The notes beneath the pieces are model-generated. The model was not told where the DNA came from. It saw only the letters and a list, made by a program, of their open reading frames with translations, and made no database searches. Positions 27,901-38,000 of a DNA stretch of 52,592 bases are shown in pieces (within the stretch, counting starts at the first letter, position 1; each line of letters opens with the position of its first letter). A program made the position numbers and the translations under genes. The stretch comes from a virus (taxonomy: Duplodnaviria > Caudoviricetes), in the IMG/VR virus record IMGVR_UViG_3300010389_000023, positions 1 through 52,592 of that record; one strand, written 5' to 3'.

Positions 27901-30900
27901 GTAAATCTAAATGTCTTAACTCCAGTAGTAACTCTAACCTCTTCAGCTGAACTATCATAATCAATTGTGTCAACATCTCCAGTCCACAAAGCATTCTCTC
28001 TTGGAGGCAATCCAGCTGGAAGTAAAATAAGTCCACTTGCATTACCATTTTCATCTGTAACTACATCTCCATTAAATGCAGACAAAGAGTTTCCTGCGAC
28101 ACCTGTGAATCTAAGATCTGGGTTTACCCAACGAGAAACGTTTCTACCCTCTAAGAAAACAGAAACTTTTGTATTTGGTTTTAGTCTTCTTATAACAAAT
28201 TTTACTGGTATACTTCTAGCAAAGAATTGTATAGCAGTAGAAACAGAATTGCCTCCAATTGATGTTGTCTGTATTCCTTTTCCTACTTCATTATTTTGTG
28301 GACTGATATTAGAAGAACTGGACACAGAAGCGCCAGCAACACTGGAAACTGAATTCTCTGTATTATTTTCTCCCAAAGAATTAATAGAATTAAAAGAGAG
28401 TTTTGCGCCAATAAAGTTAACGATATATGAATTGTGGATGCTAGAGAAACTTTCCTTTACATCATCTTTTGCGAGGAAGACTTTATATACATCGGTATTT
28501 GTATCTACAATAATTGGTTCAGTAGTATCATCATACCACTGATCAATGCTAGGTTTGATTTCTGCATCTCCAACATATTGAAGGACAACAAATGGATTTG
28601 GGTTTAATGTCTTAGAAGCAAAATCATTTCCAATAACTTCTAAATTTGTGAATGGTAGAGTAACAATATCTCCAGATCTCTTATATCCAGAAATAACTCT
28701 TTGATCTTCTCTTTGATTGACTTCTTTTAGCGCAAAAGAATTTTCTTTAGATTGCGGACGAAGAACAGATTGCTGAGTATCAATAGCGCACTGATAGTCG
28801 AGAGATTTTAAATTACCAGTTTTGTGAGATTCAAAGTTATCTACAAAGAATCCACTCTTAAATCTATCAAATCCAATATCATCCTTAACTTGCATATTAA
28901 GAGCTTGCTGCTCTAGAATACTGAGAGTAGTGTAATACTCAAGACGTTCGATACGTTTTTCAAGTTTACCAATATCCCTCATTGTGTAACGACGATTATC
29001 TACATTAGTAATCCTTACATTCTTACTCGATTGTGTAAATGCAGGAATATACGCATAGAATAGAGGAATAGAATCTTCAATAGCGTCTGGTTTTGTTGGG
29101 TTTAGTGAAGAATTTCCTTCTTTAATAATAAACTCACCTTTATTGGTAAGGAAAATACCATCAATTCTATCTAAATATTGAACCTGATTAAAAGAAATTG
29201 AATACTCTAAGTTTGAATCTGATGCAGGTGAATTTGCAATAATTGCTCCAGGACCAGAGAAATTGCCAGAAGTTTGTGCCAGAGAAGTTGCGTCTTGGAA
29301 TCCAGCAATAATTTTGTTGTTATCTACTTTTGGTCTGAAATCAATAACATTTTTCAAATTAACAATTCCATGAACAGAAGAATTGAATGTTGGAATCTCG
29401 TCTTCTGTAACACCTGCTTCGTGCAGATAACTATCAATTACACAGAAATCTCCTTGAGACTGTTCAAAATAATCAAAGGCGATAACTAATTGACCAGAAG
29501 TTGGTTCAAATCCAGGCTTTAATACAATTCTAGAAACATCGTAAATAGTATCTCTTTGACCATTATCAAAAGTAAACCTATCTGTAACATCTGTTCCTGA
29601 AATTAAGTTACCAGCAGTATCCACATCTGGTGCAGCCGCTGTAGTTCCTTCATAAACATATCTTAACTTATATGCATCAGAGTAAGAAACAAGTTCAATA
29701 ACTTCGCTATCATAATCTTGACCTCTAAATGGAACTACTCTATCACCAGACGAAGTAACTAGAATCCTCTTATTTTTAATAGAAGTCTTCAATCTTGGTT
29801 TTGCATTAGCTACTTCTAGAGTAGCTGTAAGTTTTAATTTGGGGAAAGATCCGTTAAGTGCTATATTACCAAAATAATCTGATGGGAACTCTAAACTAAT
29901 AGATCCAGATGTCAATCCGCTAGATGTGTCTGTAGAAGAAGAAATATTGACATTCTCGGAAGAAATATAAATAATATCTCCAACTGAGATATTTGTAGCA
30001 TCTCCAGGATCTAATACAGTAATAACATAACTTTCTTCAGAGAAAGAAACGAATCTCTGTGTTCCAAATTCAAGTTGAGCGGCAAATGTAATATATCCTC
30101 CAGAACTAGAAGCAGTAGTGACAAAATCTCTTCTGAAGAAATACTTAATCTTAGTATCTTCAGTGCTAGCAGAAATTTTTTGAATCTGCTTACTTCCTGT
30201 TGGGAATATTAAACTACCAGAATTTGGATTATCTATTCTGGGGCGTAATCTAACGATACTAGTATTAACGACATCATTTGGCAAAGGATTATCTAGATAT
30301 ACTCTGGTCTTGAAAGAACCCTCTCTTTCAGTTGCATATTGTACAATAGATCTTACGAGATTATTCTGTTCGTCAGTGAACTGTACAATATCTCCTTGTT
30401 GTAAGAGAGGTGTTGCGTCTGCATTAAAACTAGTAGACTCAATAAATTTATATCCTTTAGATCCAAAGAAACTAAATTCTGTTATTGATTTAATCTCTGC
30501 AAATTGCTGATCTTCTACTACAACATCAGCAGTAAATTTGTTTGCATTTCCAGATCCATATCTAGAACTCATAGACTTAACATTCTGTGGACCATAAGTA
30601 ATCACAGAATTTCTGAATAGAACGGGAATAATATTCGCAGCGTCAGCTGACCCTCCACTTGGATCTAAAACACCAACTGTGGGTGGTTGGGAATATTCTT
30701 GCCTAAATTGTACTCTGTTTTCAATAGATGCTCTGTAAATTGCTCCTGTATTTGTCTTAGAAAGATTTACAACAGAAGAATCATAACTAACACCATTAAT
30801 TAGGATGCTCGAAAGATTGTCATAACCTGTTCCTCTCTTTTGTACAATAAAATGAGAAATAGTATTATCAGTTGCAATTTTTGCAGTGTTGCTTAACTCA

Positions 30901-33053
30901 TCTCGAATAGTTTCTCCAGAAACAAATCTACCAGACAAAGTTTTTACAAACAAAATATTATTTGTTGAGTATACTCCAGTTCCAGAACCTTCAATTACTC
31001 CATACGCACCACTATTCAATCCAAAAACATATTTGCCAGCTTCAAATCCATCAATAGGATCAGCTTCTAAAAGAATTCTTGTGTAGAACTCTGGATCGAA
31101 ATATGATAATCCATAAACAGAGTTATAAGATGGTGTTCCATCACCAAGTCTTCCTCTTGAAAGAACAATATCAGTATCTTGATTGAAACCAGCACCCCTC
31201 TTTTTCAAGAAGAAATTATTTGGTTTTGCACGTCCTATAATAGGAGTAATTGTATCACTGTAATCAACAATAACACCAAACTCATTACTATCTGTATTTG
31301 CATCAACTTGAGATGTGAATATTTTTCTTCTAAAACCAGCATCTCCCAAATCAAACTCTTTAAAAATTAATTCAAGTTCATCTTTTGGACCAACAACTGT
31401 AACTTCGATGTAATCCCCAGAAGAAGAAATAAGTGGTCTTTGTCCAATAGAATATGATAGAGCTCTTACAGTTCCTGTTGAACTTGGAATATTACCTGAT
31501 CCTCTGGACTTGATATAATAGAGAGTTCCTAAAATAGATTCAAACGTCCCATCTGTAATAGACTGAATAGGATTTGTTGAACTAGTTACGTTAATAGTAA
31601 TAGTTTTTATTCCTTCATTTATATCAAAAACTTTACCTCTTCCGCTGAGAGTTTGCTTATAGAAAGTAGCAGTCTCTGTATTGTTAAGACCTACAGATCC
31701 ATCACTAAAAACAGAATTTAAATATACAAAGGGATATGCAGTTAAGTCAGATCCTTCTTTATTCAAAGGAACACTACCATATACATTAAACACATTATAT
31801 GTTGGTAGACCTTTTGTTTTTAAATTGATATTGTTACTAGCAAGACTTTCTCTTGCTTTGTTTAACTCTAGATATTTTGTTTCTTTATTGACAATTTCGT
31901 ATCCTTTAATATAGGCTTTTCCAGGACCTATACTTGCAATCATTTTTCTTGACGCTTCCCCAGCAGTCAAACCATTATAATTTCCATTGCTGTCTGCTGC
32001 ATATACACCTCTGTTGCCATCTTTCTGTGCATACTCTCTGATATCAATAGAAAAATTATCAACAACATAATCTCCACTTTCATCAAACGTTCTTCTAGCA
32101 AGTGTTTGCTCTAAAAGATTGTAATCTGTTGGAGTAATTTTTTTCTGAATTGATCCTTTACTGACAGTAATTAACTGAATAAAATTCTTATCAGTAATTT
32201 CCTTTAAACCAAACTTTTTAAGATTTAAAGAAATTTTTAGTCTATGGGCTCCAGGAGCAGTAAAGTTTGAACTGCCAATAGAATTATCATATAAAGAAGA
32301 ATCTTGTTCTGGAGTAATGATATCTTCTTTAATCGTAAATCCTACCTTTGCAGATGGGCGATCATAATAAGAATCAATTATCAATAGTTGATCATCATTT
32401 CTTACAAAAAATCCATTAATAAAGTAAATACCTTCCTTAACTTGAACAGCTGAAGCATAACCTGTAGCTGGACTATCTAAGTTAGAAATATCTCCTGTAT
32501 CTGGATCTTCTACTCTAATAGAAGTTGGCAAAACGCTACCATCTGTACCAACAACCATCAGTGGAGTGTTAACTCCATCGATTACTTCTAAAGTTTCTCC
32601 TTGTCTAAATTTTTCTTCTGTGTTAGAATCACCACTGTTTAGATAATTCACATAAAGAGTATCAGAAGAAGAATCAGTTGCATTTGCCGTTGTCAATACC
32701 GTAGCTAATACACCAGAACTTAAACCTCTTAGTTGAGTTCCTACTAGTTGAGAAATATCATATTTTTTATATACAATGCCAGTGCCATCATTTATGGCAA
32801 CCTCAGAGACAGAAGATAACTTTACATAGTCTAATCTAGTGTTTAGACTAACTTCACCAGGAATTACTAATTCTCCCTGCTTGAAAGCAAATTTCCCAAA
32901 ACTTTCAACTTGATTCTGAAGAATCGATTGAAGCTGTGTTAATTCTCTACCTTGAATAGAGTACCCAGGACGGAATAGAATCTTATAAAAATTCTTATTC
33001 GCGTCAAAGTCCTCATAATAAGGATTTACATTAAGGTTAGTCTTCTGAGGCAT
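24975..33053 (-). CDS. vrlC: VrlC-like / DUF4815 large virion structural protein
   Basis: MPQKTNLNVNPYYEDFD..KNFYKILFRPG..IQGRELTQLQSILQNQ; LARRTFDESGDY; RRYTMRDIGKLEKRIERLEYYT; RFKSGFFVDNF; PLAQTF; PKIQDIRAVA. Confidence 0.9.
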   Translation of the reverse strand: MPQKTNLNVNPYYEDFDANKNFYKILFRPGYSIQGRELTQLQSILQNQVESFGKFAFKQGELVIPGEVSLNTRLDYVKLSSVSEVAINDGTGIVYKKYDISQLVGTQLRGLSSGVLATVLTTANATDSSSDTLYVNYLNSGDSNTEEKFRQGETLEVIDGVNTPLMVVGTDGSVLPTSIRVEDPDTGDISNLDSPATGYASAVQVKEGIYFINGFFVRNDDQLLIIDSYYDRPSAKVGFTIKEDIITPEQDSSLYDNSIGSSNFTAPGAHRLKISLNLKKFGLKEITDKNFIQLITVSKGSIQKKITPTDYNLLEQTLARRTFDESGDYVVDNFSIDIREYAQKDGNRGVYAADSNGNYNGLTAGEASRKMIASIGPGKAYIKGYEIVNKETKYLELNKARESLASNNINLKTKGLPTYNVFNVYGSVPLNKEGSDLTAYPFVYLNSVFSDGSVGLNNTETATFYKQTLSGRGKVFDINEGIKTITINVTSSTNPIQSITDGTFESILGTLYYIKSRGSGNIPSSTGTVRALSYSIGQRPLISSSGDYIEVTVVGPKDELELIFKEFDLGDAGFRRKIFTSQVDANTDSNEFGVIVDYSDTITPIIGRAKPNNFFLKKRGAGFNQDTDIVLSRGRLGDGTPSYNSVYGLSYFDPEFYTRILLEADPIDGFEAGKYVFGLNSGAYGVIEGSGTGVYSTNNILFVKTLSGRFVSGETIRDELSNTAKIATDNTISHFIVQKRGTGYDNLSSILINGVSYDSSVVNLSKTNTGAIYRASIENRVQFRQEYSQPPTVGVLDPSGGSADAANIIPVLFRNSVITYGPQNVKSMSSRYGSGNANKFTADVVVEDQQFAEIKSITEFSFFGSKGYKFIESTSFNADATPLLQQGDIVQFTDEQNNLVRSIVQYATEREGSFKTRVYLDNPLPNDVVNTSIVRLRPRIDNPNSGSLIFPTGSKQIQKISASTEDTKIKYFFRRDFVTTASSSGGYITFAAQLEFGTQRFVSFSEESYVITVLDPGDATNISVGDIIYISSENVNISSSTDTSSGLTSGSISLEFPSDYFGNIALNGSFPKLKLTATLEVANAKPRLKTSIKNKRILVTSSGDRVVPFRGQDYDSEVIELVSYSDAYKLRYVYEGTTAAAPDVDTAGNLISGTDVTDRFTFDNGQRDTIYDVSRIVLKPGFEPTSGQLVIAFDYFEQSQGDFCVIDSYLHEAGVTEDEIPTFNSSVHGIVNLKNVIDFRPKVDNNKIIAGFQDATSLAQTSGNFSGPGAIIANSPASDSNLEYSISFNQVQYLDRIDGIFLTNKGEFIIKEGNSSLNPTKPDAIEDSIPLFYAYIPAFTQSSKNVRITNVDNRRYTMRDIGKLEKRIERLEYYTTLSILEQQALNMQVKDDIGFDRFKSGFFVDNFESHKTGNLKSLDYQCAIDTQQSVLRPQSKENSFALKEVNQREDQRVISGYKRSGDIVTLPFTNLEVIGNDFASKTLNPNPFVVLQYVGDAEIKPSIDQWYDDTTEPIIVDTNTDVYKVFLAKDDVKESFSSIHNSYIVNFIGAKLSFNSINSLGENNTENSVSSVAGASVSSSSNISPQNNEVGKGIQTTSIGGNSVSTAIQFFARSIPVKFVIRRLKPNTKVSVFLEGRNVSRWVNPDLRFTGVAGNSLSAFNGDVVTDENGNASGLILLPAGLPPRENALWTGDVDTIDYDSSAEEVRVTTGVKTFRFTSSSTNENKLTVDTYAEVKYYATGILPDNPSGIISTKPSFFKANEGVQFIESNTDNPIRPNPLAQTFKIENYEGGLFATGVDLFFNKKSDVIPVKVYLTNVDSDKPGKNIIPGSEKTLLPYTLLKCFTNGNVSITKGEFVTGTSSAASGPIEKVIDKNGVDLVPSSRGIYTLTNEQVYTLVLSNHNGRSFAQNEDLSVDSLNAYNVANGTQLTLSIAKNSGKISDIRVVSTGQNYTGAVLTIESPQLPGGSIATASVNISDGKIYNAKIALNGFGYTEAPSVVIRGIGNGSGGCVLETVLEIDTPAVRMGVATDNENTTQSTVPTYFEFDHPVYLQNNTEYAMAIETDSVDYDLWASRLGEIDISTSTVITTQPSLGSVYRSQNVDNWTEDNFEDIKFKLYRAEFVTNRSAEILLKNENLGYELLNKNPFETNAAASTNATAKLFRSNNNIVKVKHRDHGFEDSENSYVFFRTADATGGITADVLNNTLFKVKNSGVDTYTIYSPIKSSGNSFGGGEKVYASYNRKFETLYPQIRYLNFANTKIETMVKTTNIVPVDSNTTNYVSYSQSEYEKTFLNEPHYFGNQKVIASEINEVLNNVNRSLEYKMILSSDVSYLSPVIDLSTCSVKAISNRVDKPSGKEDRFGRRDQVLTFYPVYQFTLTGNGTAPLQSDQVIKGENSKAIGIIAKVDESTVWVRVKTPSIFQVGETVTLSNQTALTSVTVNSPPSQLFVDINDSAVIVARNPSNLAQTYDNIITGRVVIWNNKTQQITLKVDANPINDDFTGAIADNILYNRNADIGDQIKDIFRTGDIIKYPDQPDDEEAFFEIKSVDYTNGFDFVEENTSKNGSSVAKYVTKEISITNPAVAIDVHLTANCKDISDIEVLYKYKNASSEESLEDLDWIYFNGNGQPDSLVIATPENTISGVVEKQSSYQDLKYSVSNLPEFSNFAIKIVMKSNDPAYVPKIQDIRAVAGF

Positions 33054-33087
33054 CGTACTCCGCCAAATACTAGTATCTAGTCTCTAG

Positions 33088-33095
33088 TATTTAGT
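33088..33095 (-). promoter_or_regulatory. Late promoter variant (ACTAAATA)
   Basis: TAAATA core between the terminator and the VrlC ATG. Confidence 0.6.
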
Positions 33096-33101
33096 AGAGA
33101 T

Positions 33102-33129
33102 AAAAAAAATCCCCCGATTTCTCGGGGGA
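33102..33129 (-). terminator. Rho-independent terminator after gp8
   Basis: Minus strand TCCCCCGA-GAAA-TCGGGGGA followed by T8. Confidence 0.92.
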
Positions 33130-33150
33130 CTTTAGAATGTTTATTTTAAA

Positions 33151-34968
33151 TCAGAACTCGATGACTAGTTTGATATCTTCGATCTGATCTGCAGCGCGAG
33201 TAATAAGACGGCGGTTCTCGATGTAAATAAACTCCCCAGAGTTATTTTCAATTTCAGAACCAGCAATACCACTTGCAAATGTTACACCCAAAATAGTATC
33301 GGAATTTCCAGTGTCAATTGTTCCTTGTGCAGACGATAGAACACCAGTGATGTTATTTCCTCCACCAAAGTCTCTTACAACACCCGCATCTGTGTGAGTT
33401 TCTACAGTTTGGATATACTTAAGAACTCCATCGCCAGTTCTTGGAGATGCTTCTGGATCATCAAGTGTCCAGGAAACAACAGTTGCAAATGCAGTACCAC
33501 CTGCAACAGTCTGACTAATTCTTTCATCTGGAATATAATCAGCAGTAGATCCACTTATTTTCACTGCTTTCAGACCACTAGCACTTTGTGATACAAGTGG
33601 ATTAGTTGTTCCTGCTGCAATAGGATCTTTTAGAATTCCAATTCTGCGGAAGTCATTATCAACAGGGAAGTCTCCGTCTCCTTCTGCGTATGTCAGGCGA
33701 ATATTTGTCATGACACGCTTTGCATTAAGCTCTTGCTCAAAATCTGCTCCATGACCACCCTGAGGAGGTAGAATTGCTTCTAGCGAAGCATTACCAGTAT
33801 GTGCTGGTGCTGCAGCAGTCAATCCTACATCATTGAATAGATTACCACTGGTAACATCAATATTAACATAAGTGTAATCTTGACCTCTCTGAGCAACTGC
33901 TGCTTTGGTGATAGATCCACCAGCGTTAGTCCAAATTTCTACAACACCACCAGTTCCATCTCCTTTTAGTTCTGCATAGAGTGGGTTTCCAGATCCTCTG
34001 TTAGCTGGGAGACCTGATCCTGCATCCTCGATGAAAACAACGTCAATTCTATCTGGTTGAGCAGCTGCAGCAGCTTCAGTTGCTACTCTGGATGAATTGG
34101 ATGGAAGTACAATTGGCATAAAGTCTGAAGATAAGAACTTCAGAACATCATCGGTTTGAATAGTGTACATATACTTCCAGATATAACCAGCACCCGTGGT
34201 TTCTGTATAAAGTTGTGCTGCAGCGTCCCATCCTGGTCCACCTATGATTGGTTCTTCTGTTGCTGCAGCACCACCAGGAGTCAAGTCTTCGCCATTATAG
34301 AGGCACTTAAATACCTCATATTGGGAATTCATTACATAGAACTTAGCATTAGAAATATTGTCTTGACCAGTCGCAGTTTCTTTTCCTACAATACTGCCAG
34401 ATCCAGGAGTTGCTGAATAATCTGGCTTCCACATGTCATACTTAGGATTAGCAACAACATCCCAGTTATATCTACGAATTACTGCTCTTGCATATGGTGT
34501 TGTAATGCGCTTTGCTGCGATAATTTCGTCATAGATAGACTTCTTCTCTTTTAGGTTATCTAGAGGTAGAGGAGGAATCTCTTCTGTCGCATAGCGATAA
34601 ACTCCAGTCTTTGCTGTAGCACCACTAATTGATCCAGTCAAGGTTGAACCAGATGGAGGAACTGATTGTGTGCTTGGGAAAACATCATAAAGGATGAGAG
34701 CATTCTCTGCAACTTGTCTGACTTTAGCAATAAAAGTACCACCTACAGTGACTTGTTCATCAACTTGAAAAGGAGTAGCACTCTTATTATAAATCTCTAA
34801 ATATGCATCCCAACGTTGAGGTCTTCCAACAAAGAAATACATTCTGGATCTTTCTTCGCCTGGATTTACAACAAGATTTCCGTTACTGTCATAGACATCA
34901 TCTCCGAGAGATGTCAGGAATTGTTTCGCATTAAAAATTCTAAATTTATCAGAGATGATAGCAGCCAT
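33151..34968 (-). CDS. gp8: Baseplate wedge subunit (T4 gp8-like)
   Basis: MAAIISDKFRIFNA..F, YFFVGRPQ.W, FYVMNS.Y.VFKCLYN, GYIWKYMYTI, YIENR..ITRA.DQ.EDIKLVIEF. Confidence 0.93.
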   Translation of the reverse strand: MAAIISDKFRIFNAKQFLTSLGDDVYDSNGNLVVNPGEERSRMYFFVGRPQRWDAYLEIYNKSATPFQVDEQVTVGGTFIAKVRQVAENALILYDVFPSTQSVPPSGSTLTGSISGATAKTGVYRYATEEIPPLPLDNLKEKKSIYDEIIAAKRITTPYARAVIRRYNWDVVANPKYDMWKPDYSATPGSGSIVGKETATGQDNISNAKFYVMNSQYEVFKCLYNGEDLTPGGAAATEEPIIGGPGWDAAAQLYTETTGAGYIWKYMYTIQTDDVLKFLSSDFMPIVLPSNSSRVATEAAAAAQPDRIDVVFIEDAGSGLPANRGSGNPLYAELKGDGTGGVVEIWTNAGGSITKAAVAQRGQDYTYVNIDVTSGNLFNDVGLTAAAPAHTGNASLEAILPPQGGHGADFEQELNAKRVMTNIRLTYAEGDGDFPVDNDFRRIGILKDPIAAGTTNPLVSQSASGLKAVKISGSTADYIPDERISQTVAGGTAFATVVSWTLDDPEASPRTGDGVLKYIQTVETHTDAGVVRDFGGGNNITGVLSSAQGTIDTGNSDTILGVTFASGIAGSEIENNSGEFIYIENRRLITRAADQIEDIKLVIEF

Positions 34969-35003
34969 GGGTTTATATTTCCGACGTTAATTTATGCCTG
35001 AGT

Positions 35004-35017
35004 TATTTATATTTATA
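35004..35017 (-). promoter_or_regulatory. Two overlapping TATAAATA late promoters for gp8
   Basis: Perfect matches at 35004-35011 and 35010-35017. Confidence 0.75.
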
Positions 35018-35024
35018 CCGATAT

Positions 35025-38000
35025 TTATGAAATTGAAAATGGTATCAAATCATCATTCGTTGCAATCAAATTAGGACCTCTGAACAAGGTACAACCAGTA
35101 AAGCTAGTTGCTGTAATTCCTGTGTATTGAATTACAGATCCACTGCTAGTAAATAAGTATCCTTCTGAAGGGAAATTGGTTGTATTTTCTGCTAAAACAG
35201 TGGAAGGGATAGTTCCATTTGAAGTTGTCTTAGTTACTGGATTTTGAATAGAAACATTTGCTAGATTAAAATATTGACCTAAGAATGTGAAGCTAGACTG
35301 TGGTCTTTCTTCAAAATCAATAATTCTGAGTGTTGGGAAGTATGTATCTACCTCTCCAATACTAATACTAGATACATCAGTAAAACCTCCATCGAGAATC
35401 TGGTTAAAGTTTCCAATACCAGGACCAACATTTCCACGTAGATATGAGAAGTTAAGTTGATATGCGAGAGAAGAATTATTTAAAACAAATACTTCAGAAC
35501 CATCTCTTCTTTCAACTCCATATATTTCTAACAAGTCAACTAAATTTGTGTCTCTTTGGAGTAGAGGATCTTCAATCAAAATTTCATTAGCATATCCATC
35601 TGATATACCAGATGGAGGAGGAGTGATGACAATTTCTGTAGTTGTTTTTTCATCGAAAGTATTTTTAGATACAATCTGATATTGATAGAAGATTTCTACT
35701 TCTGTTTTTTGTACATCTACTTTCTGACTTGTTAGACCTGAAGTGGATTCAATACCAGCAATACCAGCATATGTTACTGTAATTGGACGTGGAATCTGAC
35801 GTAAGAAAGTTCCAGATGGCCAGAACTGAGGAGAAGTATTATCTTCTCCTCTTTGTACATTTAAGAAACGATCGCTCAGTTTGGCAGTGTAAAATACAAT
35901 TTCATCTCCAATCAGTAGGTAACCATATGGTTCAAATTTACTAGTATCAGCAACATAAACAATATTTTCGTCTGGATCCAAATCAATATCTAAATATGCA
36001 CCATTATAATGATAATTTAGATCTGTTATTATATTGTTTGGAAGTAGATACTGTGTTGATGTTGTCAATACTGGTCTAGTTGATACAATACTCTCGCTTT
36101 GGATAATTTTTTCTATAAACTTAACATATGGGGATTCGTCAACAGTATCAATCATATCCATATCAACTACATCTTCTTCATATGTTTCATATGGTCTAAT
36201 TATTTCTAGATGCTCTTTCTTTAAATTTTTTCCAGAGTTTTCAACTAACTGTATTTCTGCAGTCAAGATTTTTTCTGTGTTTTTAATACTGTTTAAAACA
36301 ACAGAGAATCTTAGATTTTGCACATAACTAAAAGTCTCTGCCGTTTGTGTAGTAGTAGAGATATTCAACATAGAAACAGATTCAGCATCTGGATTGACGC
36401 CAACTGTAATTAATGAAACACCAATTTCCCTTTCTGATAAAATTTGATATCTTCTACCCACTTCAATTCGTGGAGCTTCTGTATATCCAGAACCTTTATC
36501 GGTCAAATCTACACTAACAACTTGTCCATTGCTGACAAGAACCGTGCCTCTAGCACCTCCTCCGTCTCCATTAGTAGGAACAAAATTTAATACTGGTGGA
36601 GTATAATATTGATATGCAGTAGGTTGTGTAAGAGGATCAAAACTACGTTGATTCCACTCAAGTCTATCAACTCTTCCAGTTAAATTTCCGTTGCCATCAG
36701 TTTCCATTATAGCAACAACACTCAATCCTTCTCCTATAGTAACACCATTATACAATCCAACGTTAACAGAAGCAACTTGAGTATTAGAGACTTGTTTGTT
36801 TGGTCTCTGTTCTCTTGTGAGTGCTTTTCTTGGTAACTGTTTTACTTTTCTAAAATCACTTTCGCCTTCAAGTTTTATTAGATCACCATTAGACAAGCTC
36901 AAGAAAGGATTTCTATATGATTTTGATAAAGAAGTTCCTCTCCAAACTTCATAAGTTTCTGTTATGATTCTTCCATCATCATCTCTTTCATACACAAGAC
37001 TATAATCAGAAAATGTTACTGTAGTGTTTAGATTATATCTTCCTTTGACAGCAAAGTATAAATCTCTGGTTACATCTAATTCGCATTCAAAACCAAAGAC
37101 ATCAAATTGCATCTGACTACCAACATAACGAATATTAGATAATTCTCCTAATACATTGTATGTTCCATCATCATTAATTTGATATCCATGTAGTGGTTCG
37201 TGCTTAAAATCACCCATCCAATCATATGCATACAAATTCAGCAATCCAGAAGTAATATCAATAGTTCCTTTTGCTCTTGCATAGTAAGTATCAACAGAGA
37301 AATCATAAAGCTTCAAAGTTTGCTCTAAAGTCTGACCATAAAGAAGACGCATGTCAACATTCATTTCTTTTTGAACAGGAAATTTGAAATAAATGTTTGG
37401 TCCTATAATAGTGTAACTATAATCTCTTCTTTGTAAAACACCATCTAAAAATACATATACAAATTCATCATCTTCTATATTCTGAACTCTTCCATCTTCA
37501 ACATCTAAAATCAAGAATGGTCCTGTTTTAACGCCATCCACTAGATTTTTATCAATAGTTAATCTCTTGTAATTTCCTACACCAATGCCAGTTATTTTTT
37601 CAACTGCAGTTGGTTCACCAATTGTTTTAGCACTAAAATCTTGATCCCAAATAGGAGCGACATCAAATACAATTTTATTTGGAGATACAGTTCTGTCAAT
37701 ATAGTAAGAATCTGATCCTGGATATTCTGCGTTATATTTTGGTCTCTGCAATACAGCATTGATTAAAATAAAGAGATCTTCATCTTCTTCGGTAATAACC
37801 TCAGTAGAATCATCCCAATATAATTCAAATACTTTAGTTTCACCGTCAACATAATCTGGTAAAGTTCTAGATACTTTATTTTGATTTAATACATTCTCTA
37901 CATTACTGAATAGAGAATCCACGGAAGAAGTAACATCAGCACAAACTGGATTACTTGGATCTACTATGATATTTGAATTGATATAAGAATCTTCACTTGT

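Noticed and set aside
2940-33053. Absence of recognisable gp9-gp12/wac between gp8 and gp13
   Set aside because: Replacement by VrlC and fibre genes is the usual arrangement in T4-like cyanophages, so it is not novel by itself.
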